Below are positions 25,527 through 33,604 of a stretch of DNA of 52,407 nt, one piece after another (the first letter of the stretch is position 1; the number at the start of each line of letters is the position of its first letter). Source of the stretch: a virus; UHGV virus genome UHGV-0113213. One strand, written 5' to 3'. The notes under the pieces were generated by a model, which was not told the DNA's origin, ran no database searches, and saw only the letters and a list, made by a program, of their open reading frames with translations. The translations under genes and the position numbers were made by a program.

Positions 25527-26015
25527 TTATTCTTTACGCAAGCACTGCGTTTTGATGTAGTCCTGTAGGCCAGTGATCTGTGCGTCTTTTATTTTTAGTT
25601 GTTCTCTGAGGGATAGATAAGCCGATTTAGCGTCGGCAGTAGGTTCGCAGGTGGCTCCATCAATGCGGCTGGAGGTTCCGGTATTACTGTCTGTTCGCAT
25701 TGGCACGGCGTTGACGCGCAACCGGATAGTACCGTTATCAATGCCAGTGCGCAGATCGGCAATGTCAGATCTGATAGCTTTAATCTCATCGTGATACCTC
25801 TTATCAAGTTTTGACAGTTCGGCGTTTCGCTCCTTCATCTGCTGAATAGTGTTACTTGCTGTCTTCAGTGCGCCTTTCGTCACCGTGACTTCTTCCTGTA
25901 ACCTTGTCGCCTCACCCTGGTAATAACACGTTACGGCGGTTAGTCCGGCAATAATGCAAACAACAGCGGCGATAATTAACGCCTTCACCTTGTCCACGTT
26001 TCCCCCCATTCGCAA
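25527..26015 (-). CDS. Rz: i-spanin (Rz-like)
   Basis: 162 aa. N-terminal TM ([17 protein letters not shown]), coiled-coil periplasmic domain. Overlaps the endolysin end. Confidence 0.8.
   Translation of the reverse strand: MRMGGNVDKVKALIIAAVVCIIAGLTAVTCYYQGEATRLQEEVTVTKGALKTASNTIQQMKERNAELSKLDKRYHDEIKAIRSDIADLRTGIDNGTIRLRVNAVPMRTDSNTGTSSRIDGATCEPTADAKSAYLSLREQLKIKDAQITGLQDYIKTQCLRKE
25595..25789 (-). CDS. Rz1: o-spanin (Rz1-like), embedded in the Rz frame
   Basis: 64 aa from the internal Met: [23 protein letters not shown]|C lipobox, Pro-rich mature part. Fully nested in a different frame of the i-spanin gene. Confidence 0.75.
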   Translation of the reverse strand: MRLKLSDLTLPICALALITVLSGCASTPCQCEQTVIPEPPAALMEPPANLLPTLNRLIYPSENN

Positions 26016-26476
26016 ACGGCATATTCAACATCTCGGCGGTTTACCAGGCCTTGCCACTTCTTACCACCAGCGTATACCCAGCGTTTAAGCTGTGCGCACG
26101 CCTCTGATTTCTTACCGTCATTGAGTAGCTTTAATAAGGTTGATGTTTTGAAGTTGGTTGCGCCTACGTTATAGGCGAATGAATAAAGCGCAGCGCGGGT
26201 AAAATCTGATATTTCGACTTTGATATATGGGTTAATCGCTTTTGCGGTTTTGTGGAGATCTTTGTTTAACAAAGTATCGCATTCTGATTGCGTGTAAGTC
26301 TTACCAAGCATGATGTCTTTTCCGGTGTGACCATAGCAAACAGTCCATACACCGATAACATCACGATAAGGATCGTACTCCACGCCCTCTAATGGTTTAA
26401 CCATCACAGCCGCAATAGCGATCGCCCCACCAGCCGCCGCAGCAATAATTTTATTCTTCAGCGATTGGCTAATCAT
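25985..26476 (-). CDS. R: SAR endolysin (T4-lysozyme-fold muramidase)
   Basis: 163 aa from the ATG at 26476, which follows the holin stop. Weakly hydrophobic Gly/Ala-rich N-terminus [17 protein letters not shown]. Catalytic E-x8-D-x5-T ([16 protein letters not shown]). Confidence 0.85.
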   Translation of the reverse strand: MISQSLKNKIIAAAAGGAIAIAAVMVKPLEGVEYDPYRDVIGVWTVCYGHTGKDIMLGKTYTQSECDTLLNKDLHKTAKAINPYIKVEISDFTRAALYSFAYNVGATNFKTSTLLKLLNDGKKSEACAQLKRWVYAGGKKWQGLVNRRDVEYAVCEWGETWTR

Positions 26477-26477
26477 G

Positions 26478-26678
26478 TTACTTATTCCCCATTCGCGCGT
26501 CGTGTTCCTCTTGCGCTCGCTTGTTCTCCTGTGATTTGAAGTAATAGTTAACGGCAAATGTGCCTATGGTTGATAAGATACCCACAAAGACAGCAATATC
26601 ATTAATGGTTATCGCGCCGAAAAAAGCAGTTACGGCCCCGGTCACATACGCGCACGCCTCCCGTATTCTGTCGAACAT
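26478..26678 (-). CDS. S: holin (two-TM, pinholin-like)
   Basis: 66 aa, two hydrophobic helices, charged C-terminus ([15 protein letters not shown]). Directly precedes the SAR endolysin. Confidence 0.75.
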   Translation of the reverse strand: MFDRIREACAYVTGAVTAFFGAITINDIAVFVGILSTIGTFAVNYYFKSQENKRAQEEHDARMGNK

Positions 26679-26694
26679 AGATTTTCCTCCAACA

Positions 26695-26722
26695 AAGCAA
26701 AAACCCGGCTCGTGGCCGGGTA
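26695..26722 (-). terminator. rho-independent terminator immediately upstream of the lysis cassette (tR'-like)
   Basis: CCCGGCC ACGA GCCGGG on the minus strand, followed by TTTTTGCTTTGTT, then GGAGG and the holin ATG. Confidence 0.65.
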
Positions 26723-26783
26723 ATTACAATTTCGCATTGTTAGGAAATATTTTAATCTATTTGTTTTTTATGCGCGATTATGG

Positions 26784-26966
26784 CTACAAATCACTAACTT
26801 TCACCAAATCGCCATTATCAAGCCAGATTTTAATTGTTTCTCGCGTCGTCTTGATGATTGGCGCTACCCACTCACCATCGCTAACGCAAACGCGAATATC
26901 ACCACCCTCTATGCGATAAAACATCTTGTCGATTAGTGTTACGGCGTATATACCATCTTCAATCAT
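26784..26966 (-). CDS. hypothetical small protein
   Basis: 60 aa, last ORF of the accessory block. Start overlaps the upstream stop (ATGA). Confidence 0.5.
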   Translation of the reverse strand: MIEDGIYAVTLIDKMFYRIEGGDIRVCVSDGEWVAPIIKTTRETIKIWLDNGDLVKVSDL

Positions 26967-27157
26967 TTCTTGCGCTCCTTAATAACCCTTTTGATCTGCG
27001 CGCGCGCGGCATCTACGAGAGCAATAAACACCGCTACAGGCCAGAAAGGAATCTCAAGACCACCACGATCGAGATCATTAGATTTGATAAAACAAGACAT
27101 CAGGATAGCGCCAGCAATATAAAGGAGAAACACAGCAATGATAAGACATTCAATCAT
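26963..27157 (-). CDS. small membrane protein
   Basis: 64 aa. Two hydrophobic segments (MIECLIIAVFLLYIAGAILMSCF; IPFWPVAVFIALV), basic tail. Confidence 0.55.
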   Translation of the reverse strand: MIECLIIAVFLLYIAGAILMSCFIKSNDLDRGGLEIPFWPVAVFIALVDAARAQIKRVIKERKK

Positions 27158-27290
27158 CCTCTTTCTCCCCGCCTAAATATTGATATATTTCTTCAGCATT
27201 TTCCCCGCGCTCAAAACAATAATGTTCAAACATGCGCCAATTTTCACTAAGAAACATAACAATAAAATTGTTAACGTATTCGTCATCCAT
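27150..27290 (-). CDS. hypothetical acidic small protein
   Basis: 46 aa (below the cutoff): MDDEYVNNFIVMFLSENWRMFEHYCFERGENAEEIYQYLGGEKEDD. Fills the gap exactly and overlaps the next start. Confidence 0.5.
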   Translation of the reverse strand: MDDEYVNNFIVMFLSENWRMFEHYCFERGENAEEIYQYLGGEKEDD

Positions 27291-27292
27291 AG

Positions 27293-27544
27293 TTAATCAT
27301 CCTCTTCATCATCTTCTTGTTCAGCCAGGAAATCATCTACGGCACGGTAAGTAACTGGAGGGATATATTCGAAGTCATCCGTATCAAGATCGAGCGTCCG
27401 GCTGTCGCCGTCGTCGTCCAGCGTATTCATCCCTAATTCACCGAAAGGGCCGTACCCAATGTGGCCCAGGTATTCGCAACCAATCGTAAACCCAGGGTAT
27501 TCGCCTTTACACCGGATTTTGTAAGGTTTATTTGATGCGCTCAA
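27293..27544 (-). CDS. hypothetical protein with a poly-acidic C-terminus
   Basis: The likely start is the TTG at 27544 (GGAGGG 8 nt upstream). The track ORF's upstream ATG would overlap the previous gene by 77 nt. Confidence 0.5.
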   Translation of the reverse strand: MSASNKPYKIRCKGEYPGFTIGCEYLGHIGYGPFGELGMNTLDDDGDSRTLDLDTDDFEYIPPVTYRAVDDFLAEQEDDEEDD

Positions 27545-27851
27545 TTTCCGACCCTCCACTTTCTGCTTTAGTGATTTTGTATTCTGCCGCCAGTTCAGCG
27601 CCAAGCAATTCCACTTCCATATTAGCGATACCCTGGAACATCAGATAGGCAAAAACTAGGCTTTTAATTCTATCCGGGTCTTCAAGATGGTCTGCATTAA
27701 AAGGCGGTTCCGATACGTGGAAGCATTTAACATGCGCATCGTCTTCAGTGGCTACACAGAAACATGCGCCAGGTTGCCCGGCGAATTCCCCCAATCTTTC
27801 TTCGTTCGGTAAAGTACCACGGAAAACTTTAACGCTGATAAATTTAGTCAT
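27528..27851 (-). CDS. hypothetical protein
   Basis: 107 aa, same-strand operon member. Confidence 0.55.
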   Translation of the reverse strand: MTKFISVKVFRGTLPNEERLGEFAGQPGACFCVATEDDAHVKCFHVSEPPFNADHLEDPDRIKSLVFAYLMFQGIANMEVELLGAELAAEYKITKAESGGSEIERIK

Positions 27852-27854
27852 TGT

Positions 27855-28109
27855 TTATTCTCCTTCGTAAAGAGTTGCCACCAGTTCGGCATCTGTTAGC
27901 GTGTTATAATCTGTATAAAACCCGCAACGCATAAGTGAAGAAAGGCCAGCCACTTTGCACCACATAGGGGTCGATTCGCTCAAATATTCATTCTCCCTTT
28001 TTTCGCTGTATTCCAGTTCATAAAACCGACTATTGTTAACAACCTCAATTACACGGCTGTATGTGCCATCAAGCCTACTAACTCCGCGCCATAGTCTGAT
28101 CACAACCAT
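27855..28109 (-). CDS. hypothetical protein
   Basis: 84 aa from the ATG at 28109 (GGAG SD). Confidence 0.5.
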   Translation of the reverse strand: MVVIRLWRGVSRLDGTYSRVIEVVNNSRFYELEYSEKRENEYLSESTPMWCKVAGLSSLMRCGFYTDYNTLTDAELVATLYEGE

Positions 28110-28148
28110 AATTTCTACTCCGTTTGATGGGGCCATTCTGCCCCGTGT

Positions 28149-28289
28149 TTATTCTTCTTCTCCTCCTCTAAATCCTAAGCACTCCGCGTATTCGTCAATG
28201 CTTAATGCTTCTTCACCTGGTGCCAATACTTCAAAGTAGCGGGCGTATAGTTCGAAAACCCAGGCCGGATATTTAGCGTTAGCGTTCAT
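28149..28289 (-). CDS. hypothetical acidic small protein
   Basis: 46 aa: MNANAKYPAWVFELYARYFEVLAPGEEALSIDEYAECLGFRGGEEE. GGGGG SD. Confidence 0.5.
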   Translation of the reverse strand: MNANAKYPAWVFELYARYFEVLAPGEEALSIDEYAECLGFRGGEEE

Positions 28290-28298
28290 GGTTCCCCC

Positions 28299-28577
28299 TT
28301 ATGCCATGCGTGCAAATTCAAGTGATTTGCATTCGTAGTCTTCCTCTGCCTGTTCGATGACTGCCATCATCATTTCGTTTGCGTTGTTGAATGCGTTGCT
28401 TTGTGCGAACTTGTCGGCTCCACCTTCTTCTTCGAACTCCGCGTTGTTTGCTGCAATGTAGTGATATTCGATGTTGTTCAGGTAAGGGCTTGCAGCGTGT
28501 GCTGGGTCTTCTTTCTCCACCATCTCCCAAAATGCGTTTAAGCGAGATTCGACTTCTTTGTTAATCCAGCGTTTCAT
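28299..28577 (-). CDS. hypothetical acidic protein
   Basis: 92 aa. GGAGGG SD. First gene downstream of the 28613-28674 promoter module. Confidence 0.6.
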   Translation of the reverse strand: MKRWINKEVESRLNAFWEMVEKEDPAHAASPYLNNIEYHYIAANNAEFEEEGGADKFAQSNAFNNANEMMMAVIEQAEEDYECKSLEFARMA

Positions 28578-28612
28578 TTTTCTACCCTCCGCATCGTTCT
28601 CTCTTCAGCTTC

Positions 28613-28674
28613 TTTATAACAAAATGGCACTGCCGAAACAATGCCATTTCGTAAACCTTGTGATACAGATCACA
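28613..28674 (-). promoter_or_regulatory. internal promoter module with a near-consensus CRP site
   Basis: Minus strand: AAATGTGATCTGTATCACA (core 28659-28674, 14/16 to TGTGATCTAGATCACA), then 25 nt from the centre to -35 TTGTTT (28636-28641), a 17-nt spacer containing CCATTTTG, and -10 TATAAA (28613-28618). Confidence 0.6.
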
Positions 28675-28675
28675 T

Positions 28676-28903
28676 TTACGTTTCTTCCGTAAAAGTAACC
28701 TTCATCGCCCCATCCGAACTACGGACAACATAACGACCAATACCGCCTAGCGGCCCTGCATACCATAAGTGACCGTAAGTGTCAGTCACGACGATAAACG
28801 GAAATTTAGGAGACAATCCCATCGGTTTTTCAGCCGTGTACTGTGCTCCTTCCTCAAAACAACCTAATCCCGATTCGTTACACGTTAAAATCATTTTATG
28901 CAC
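28676..28903 (-). CDS. small protein, D-x-x-G-x-x-W family member
   Basis: 75 aa. C..S...CF..G..Y.........FIVVTDTYGHLWY. Confidence 0.6.
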   Translation of the reverse strand: MHKMILTCNESGLGCFEEGAQYTAEKPMGLSPKFPFIVVTDTYGHLWYAGPLGGIGRYVVRSSDGAMKVTFTEET

Positions 28904-29135
28904 CTACATACGAAAACGCAGCAAAAGCACCACCACAAGCCCGCGCATAAACAAGCGCAGTTCCACATCCCATCTTATAAAATCGCCATAACTGGCCCTG
29001 GTCGTCAGTAATGGCGTGAATATATTCCTGATCCTTTGCGTCAAACAATGCCGCTCCGACTTCGTAGATCTTGCCATTCTTAAAAAACGCGCTGCATCGT
29101 GAGTATGTGCACTGGTATCTCTGATTCTGTCTCAT
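28896..29135 (-). CDS. small protein, D-x-x-G-x-x-W family member
   Basis: 79 aa. C..S.CS.FF.NGKIYEV......YIHAITDDQGQLWRFY. Confidence 0.6.
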   Translation of the reverse strand: MRQNQRYQCTYSRCSAFFKNGKIYEVGAALFDAKDQEYIHAITDDQGQLWRFYKMGCGTALVYARACGGAFAAFSYVGA

Positions 29136-29144
29136 AACACTACC

Positions 29145-29360
29145 TCACCACTTAACAAAACGCGCGATCGGTTCCGTACTGAACTGGCTGGCAACGTGTC
29201 CACGCGCGTAACAATCCCAATAGCGCCACGCGTCTCCGTGGTCGTCTTTAATGTATTGGGTGTTAAGTTCATCACCAGTCAGGTGAGCTACGGTATATAT
29301 TCCGCCAACCTCAAAGCATGATGATTTTGATTCAGTGCATCTAACATACATGATATTCAT
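29145..29360 (-). CDS. small protein, D-x-x-G-x-x-W family member
   Basis: 71 aa. VRCTESKSSCFEVGGIYTV......QYIKDDHGDAWRYW. Confidence 0.6.
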   Translation of the reverse strand: MNIMYVRCTESKSSCFEVGGIYTVAHLTGDELNTQYIKDDHGDAWRYWDCYARGHVASQFSTEPIARFVKW

Positions 29361-29581
29361 TCCTTATTTGCATTTATAAATAGCGCAACTGGCACACCAT
29401 TACCGCCAACGCCATCAACGAATCCGCTACCATTGAGATCGTTATAAAAAAACCACGGATCGCCATCTTCATCATAAATGTACTGAATATCGTTAGTTCT
29501 GCTTATTAGCGTTTCTATGTCGTAAATCTCATCAACCACAAAAAGATTAGGGAAACGAGACTTTATACATTTTACAAACAT
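29357..29581 (-). CDS. small protein, D-x-x-G-x-x-W family member
   Basis: 74 aa. VKCIKSRFPNLFVVDEIYDI......QYIYDEDGDPWFFY. Confidence 0.6.
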   Translation of the reverse strand: MFVKCIKSRFPNLFVVDEIYDIETLISRTNDIQYIYDEDGDPWFFYNDLNGSGFVDGVGGNGVPVALFINANKE

Positions 29582-29832
29582 CAGAAAACCCCTTTATAAT
29601 CGACCGTGTATTTTACCACCAATTTCCACTCGCTATAGTTTTCCATGTCGCGCGGCTGCCAGCCTTTCATGCCTACAGCACTACGCGCAGCGTGGCGGCG
29701 ATAATCGTCATTAAGATCGGCAATGCACCACGGTTGAAGGAAGAACATATAATTCGCTTCGTTAACCAGAATAGCCATCATCCGTCCAGTGGCCTTATCT
29801 TTCGCCCTGAAATAACTTACCTTGATTTTCAT
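29581..29832 (-). CDS. hypothetical protein
   Basis: 83 aa, ATGA-coupled to its neighbours. Confidence 0.5.
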   Translation of the reverse strand: MKIKVSYFRAKDKATGRMMAILVNEANYMFFLQPWCIADLNDDYRRHAARSAVGMKGWQPRDMENYSEWKLVVKYTVDYKGVF

Positions 29833-30044
29833 TTTAATACCTCGTCGATCAGCATTTCTTCTTCCAGGTTAGCCGGACGTTTACGGAATATCCCGGCAAA
29901 AACCAGGTCATCAAGTAGGTCTTTGCGTTTAAATAGCCACTCTTTCATTATTACCCCGTCATCGCTGCGATATACGACGCCGTTTTTCAAAAAATAAAAA
30001 GTGCTGGTATTTGTTTGAAGGTATAAATCTTCGTAAACGTCCAT
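29829..30044 (-). CDS. hypothetical protein
   Basis: 71 aa, operon member. Confidence 0.5.
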   Translation of the reverse strand: MDVYEDLYLQTNTSTFYFLKNGVVYRSDDGVIMKEWLFKRKDLLDDLVFAGIFRKRPANLEEEMLIDEVLK

Positions 30045-30048
30045 GATA

Positions 30049-30276
30049 TTAACCCTCGACTACTTGCAAGCCGCGCCCCTTATCGCCTACGAAGTCGCCC
30101 AGGCTAAACGTATATGACCACGCCGGGTTAATGTAGTAATCATCAGCACCGTGAGCGATAAGGTCTTTACCCAAAATGACGCAGGTCACATCATCAGAAT
30201 GAACAACGTCTACCGTTTCCCCTACCACGCGTTTTAATGATGGGTAGCCGTGATCGTGCAAGAATTTAACTTTCAT
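30049..30276 (-). CDS. hypothetical protein
   Basis: 75 aa, operon member. Confidence 0.5.
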   Translation of the reverse strand: MKVKFLHDHGYPSLKRVVGETVDVVHSDDVTCVILGKDLIAHGADDYYINPAWSYTFSLGDFVGDKGRGLQVVEG

Positions 30277-30560
30277 ATTTCTTTCCCTTTATAAGTAACA
30301 GCATCAGCGATCAACAATACCGCCAGCAATTCACCGTCATGTAACGGGTCTGGAATAGCAAAAAATATGTCGCTGTTTTTGTCCGGCACTACTACGCGCA
30401 TATTTCCCTGTTTGTCTTCATGCACGAACCACGGCTTTTCGTGTGGCTCAAACATGCCGAAAAGTAATTTAAGATCTATTTCTTCACCCTTCGTGAATAA
30501 CGACACATCAGTTGTAGTGATAACTAACGCTTTCTGATCTGCTGTTTTCTTCGCTCTCAT
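30273..30560 (-). CDS. hypothetical protein
   Basis: 95 aa. Contains F.KG....L...........PWFVHEDKQGN, possibly distantly related to the D-x-x-G family. Confidence 0.5.
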   Translation of the reverse strand: MRAKKTADQKALVITTTDVSLFTKGEEIDLKLLFGMFEPHEKPWFVHEDKQGNMRVVVPDKNSDIFFAIPDPLHDGELLAVLLIADAVTYKGKEI

Positions 30561-30790
30561 TCCTCTGTCTCCCAGCGGTCTATGCTGATTAAAAAGTCCC
30601 GGATAGCGTGTCGCTCGTCGCGCGTCGGTTTACGCTTCCGGTAAATTTTGAAATCGAACCATTCTTTTTCTTGTTCGAAGTCCAGATCGTAAGCAAGCGC
30701 CTCGATATATCCGCAGTCGTGATACTGGTAAGCCACGCCAGCACGAACAAAAAAGCGGGTTTTATCCCGCTTGTGTTCATAGATACACAT
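30557..30790 (-). CDS. hypothetical protein
   Basis: 77 aa from the internal ATG at 30790 (GGGG SD), which avoids overlap with the upstream gene. The track ORF starts at 30835. Confidence 0.45.
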   Translation of the reverse strand: MCIYEHKRDKTRFFVRAGVAYQYHDCGYIEALAYDLDFEQEKEWFDFKIYRKRKPTRDERHAIRDFLISIDRWETEE

Positions 30791-30800
30791 ATTTGCCCCA

Positions 30801-31031
30801 CTATGCAGTTGTGTAACTATCAACCAGCTTTTCATCCTTCATTCTGGAAAGCTGCATGATATTCATCGTGTAGCCGTTGTCAGAGAAAAGCCACTCCGCA
30901 GCCTTGCGACGAAAAACAATATCATCATGGTTACGTGTCCATGTAGCTATCACAACGCGTTTCCCGTTAGTGGCGAACATAGATAACGCGTTATCAACTA
31001 CGTCGATAGCCTGCCAGATTTTTAGTTCCAT
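30801..31031 (-). CDS. hypothetical protein
   Basis: 76 aa, operon member. Confidence 0.5.
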   Translation of the reverse strand: MELKIWQAIDVVDNALSMFATNGKRVVIATWTRNHDDIVFRRKAAEWLFSDNGYTMNIMQLSRMKDEKLVDSYTTA

Positions 31032-31387
31032 GATTTATCTCCGTAGATTTTGAATAGTTCACACGCTTCCTGATTTTCAAGTATATTCATATGCAGGTCA
31101 CGCAGGCGGCGCATTGTGCGGAATCGCGGTCTGAACTCCTGGCTACGTTTAATGTATTTGCCGCCAATTGAATAAATATGCCCGTATGCGTACCATCTGT
31201 TGCCTACCCATATATCATATTCTTTTCCTTCGTAATTAAATTTTATAGTTAGCTCGCCTACTTCAACTATTAACCCTTTATCAATGATGTCATTAAGCAT
31301 TTCGTCCCATTCTTTGAGGAATGGTTGCTGATAAAAACCAAAAAGCGTATTTGCAGCATGGCAAAGATAATCAATGATTATTTGCAT
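31022..31387 (-). CDS. hypothetical protein
   Basis: 121 aa, operon member. Confidence 0.5.
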   Translation of the reverse strand: MQIIIDYLCHAANTLFGFYQQPFLKEWDEMLNDIIDKGLIVEVGELTIKFNYEGKEYDIWVGNRWYAYGHIYSIGGKYIKRSQEFRPRFRTMRRLRDLHMNILENQEACELFKIYGDKSWN

Positions 31388-31391
31388 ATTA

Positions 31392-31604
31392 TCACCACAT
31401 CATGTAATAAACGTTCTCGTCAGCTAATGCGTCCGCTACATCCTGCGTCATGTGCCTGACTTCAAGGAAAAAATCCTCATCATGCCATTCACTAACAAGC
31501 ATACGCGCCCATTTACGGCGGCGGCGCTTATTGTGTCGTAGATCATCAAAAGTCATTAATGCTTTGTCATATGCCCTTACAAGGCGTTTACGGTTACTTT
31601 TCAT
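31392..31604 (-). CDS. hypothetical basic protein
   Basis: 70 aa from the ATG at 31604 (ATGA overlap with the upstream stop). Confidence 0.45.
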   Translation of the reverse strand: MKSNRKRLVRAYDKALMTFDDLRHNKRRRRKWARMLVSEWHDEDFFLEVRHMTQDVADALADENVYYMMW

Positions 31605-31909
31605 TGCTCGACCCACCTTAACATCCAATTCACATCACATTTAATTGCGAATACTCTCACCGGATCAGTGCCGAATAATGGATGTGTGATAGTTTTCACT
31701 TCGTACCCAAAATAAGGAAGGTTAATAATCCTGTGTTTTTCGTGGTTGGCAGGGTATCCCCATTTAATAATCAGGCGCTCATATTCCCGCCCTTCCAGAC
31801 GTTTACGCCAATAGTCATTATAAAGCCGGTATTCCTCCACCTTCTTTCCCGCCCGGATAGCGTGGAAATATTCCCCTTTCAGATTCAAATGCAGGTCTTT
31901 ACTTGCCAT
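31601..31909 (-). CDS. ASCH-domain-like protein
   Basis: 102 aa from Met13. LHLNLKGEYFHAIRAGKKVEEYR and ...VFAIK recall the ASCH beta-barrel pattern. Confidence 0.5.
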   Translation of the reverse strand: MASKDLHLNLKGEYFHAIRAGKKVEEYRLYNDYWRKRLEGREYERLIIKWGYPANHEKHRIINLPYFGYEVKTITHPLFGTDPVRVFAIKCDVNWMLRWVEQ

Positions 31910-32081
31910 CGCTATGATCCTGTAAACAGTCGTTATAGCCTTCAATATATCCGGTTAATCCGGTATTACTCACTGACCATTCAGCCGAACGGCGTTTGAT
32001 GGCCTTGTCCATCGTCATTTCATCGCCTGGTCCGCCTGGCTCAATGTATTTTCTTAAATCCCTTACTATCCACGCCATCAA
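31899..32081 (-). CDS. hypothetical protein
   Basis: 60 aa, operon member. Confidence 0.4.
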   Translation of the reverse strand: MMAWIVRDLRKYIEPGGPGDEMTMDKAIKRRSAEWSVSNTGLTGYIEGYNDCLQDHSDGK

Positions 32082-32156
32082 TGATGCGTATCACTGCACA
32101 CACGCGCCGTTAATGTCAGGTCATTGACCAGCTTTGCAAATAGATGTTCTTTTAAT

Positions 32157-32504
32157 TTAGGCTTCATTGTCGTCACCTTCGAAATACTGCTCAATCGCAC
32201 GTTTGACGTTCATTTCTCGCTGATAATTGTTACCGCTATAGATTGCGGCTGCCGATACGTGATCGATAATTTGCTGTAATAAATAAGGATGAATTTTTAT
32301 TTTTTCATCAAGGACAATGCGAGATGGCTTAGGTGCTGTAGCAATATCATCAACGATTTCTATCTCACCACCTCCGCCGCAGCGAGGACAAACGAATTTA
32401 TCACCTTGATACAGCATGATGCCGCAACCTTTTTCGGTTTTTACGACCATGCCATCGTCGTCGCAGTTTTCGCAATACAGCCACCGAATATTAATTATTT
32501 TCAT
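32157..32504 (-). CDS. zinc-ribbon protein
   Basis: 115 aa from the ATG at 32504. CENC...(26)...CPRCGGGG, a four-Cys ribbon. Confidence 0.5.
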   Translation of the reverse strand: MKIINIRWLYCENCDDDGMVVKTEKGCGIMLYQGDKFVCPRCGGGGEIEIVDDIATAPKPSRIVLDEKIKIHPYLLQQIIDHVSAAAIYSGNNYQREMNVKRAIEQYFEGDDNEA

Positions 32505-32694
32505 TGTCGTTACTCCGTCCGTAAATATGGACAGGCTCAACTGGTACTGCTGGCAATTCGCCATCATTTAACTCGCTCGCCATGCCTAATATTAAACGCG
32601 CTTCAGCACCAGTGACTTTCTTGCACCATGCGTCGCCTGTTTTATCTTCAAATAAGATAACGGCAAACTGATCGTTTATTTCCAGCTTATCCAT
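32491..32694 (-). CDS. hypothetical small protein
   Basis: 67 aa. The start overlaps the Q stop. Contains ILFEDKTGDAWCK (the D-x-x-G-x-x-W motif). Confidence 0.5.
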   Translation of the reverse strand: MDKLEINDQFAVILFEDKTGDAWCKKVTGAEARLILGMASELNDGELPAVPVEPVHIYGRSNDNENN

Positions 32695-33422
32695 TATTCA
32701 CCCCGTGTCACTCGTTTGATTTCGCTTTCCGCGCGAGATTCTTCTTTGAATAGCTCCGCTATGGCGTCTTCATAGAAAACCCTGTATTTCTTCCACCATG
32801 TTGATCTGCTTACCGGGAAAACAAGCTGGTTAACAGCCTGCCGGACGAGATCTACAGGGAAACGCGAGTACCCGCGCCCGCCGCAGTGCTGGCACGTTTT
32901 GAATACTGGCATTTCCGCCGCTTCGCTGGCTGCTTTATCCGGTACTTCGCCACGCCCCTTGCACCTCTGGCAATGGTTTTTAACGTAGCCTTTGCCGTTG
33001 CACCGCGAGCAAACTGTCGATGTGTATTCACAATATGGATTCGGTAAAAGCCCGTTACCTCCGCACTTAGGGCAAACCTTTTCGGTAGCCGCACTTTGGC
33101 AGTAATCCCGAAACGCGAAAACGGCAACAAGAATAATAAGATCATTGCGTTGTTCTTCATTTAATTCCATCACGTATTCGTAATCTTTCGCCATAACCCT
33201 TAAACGCTCTGTAAGCAAAATTACGGCCCTGTGTTTTTCAGCTTGCGATAGCTCCATTTTCCCTAAAAAAGCACTATAGCCAAGCTCTACGCGCGATTGC
33301 GCCATACCAGCGGCGGTAAGCGCATCCGTCGTATTAAGTGCATCCGGGGATGTTCCCCGGCTTTCGTCTGATAATCGCGGTGATTTGGGAAAGTGGAATT
33401 TCAGAATGGATTCTAAATTCAT
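32694..33422 (-). CDS. Q: late-gene antiterminator Q-like protein with four DnaJ-type CxxCxGxG zinc knuckles
   Basis: 242 aa. CPKCGGNG, CSRCNGKG, CQRCKGRG, CQHCGGRG. The N-terminus MNLESILKFHFPKSP... resembles Q-family proteins of enterobacterial prophages as I recall them. Position after RusA. Confidence 0.65.
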   Translation of the reverse strand: MNLESILKFHFPKSPRLSDESRGTSPDALNTTDALTAAGMAQSRVELGYSAFLGKMELSQAEKHRAVILLTERLRVMAKDYEYVMELNEEQRNDLIILVAVFAFRDYCQSAATEKVCPKCGGNGLLPNPYCEYTSTVCSRCNGKGYVKNHCQRCKGRGEVPDKAASEAAEMPVFKTCQHCGGRGYSRFPVDLVRQAVNQLVFPVSRSTWWKKYRVFYEDAIAELFKEESRAESEIKRVTRGE

Positions 33423-33604
33423 TATTTACCCCCATAGCGAGCAATAAGGCGTTTGCGATCAGAAATGGTTTGCACCAGTTTTCTTTCAAGCTCTTTCAGC
33501 GCAAGTAATTCCTGCATGTGAAAAGCCTGGATTCGTCTGACTGTCGCTAAATCATGCTCGTCACGTTGAACATCTATTTGCAGATCTTTAATTTCGTTTT
33601 TCAT
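33422..33604 (-). CDS. hypothetical coiled-coil protein
   Basis: 60 aa, heptad-like, coupled on both sides. Confidence 0.5.
   Translation of the reverse strand: MKNEIKDLQIDVQRDEHDLATVRRIQAFHMQELLALKELERKLVQTISDRKRLIARYGGK

Noticed and set aside
25378-25560. A 60-aa plus-strand ORF in the spanin-HExxH gap
   Set aside because: It is Arg/Leu-rich with no SD and overlaps the i-spanin 3' end on the other strand. It is probably spurious.
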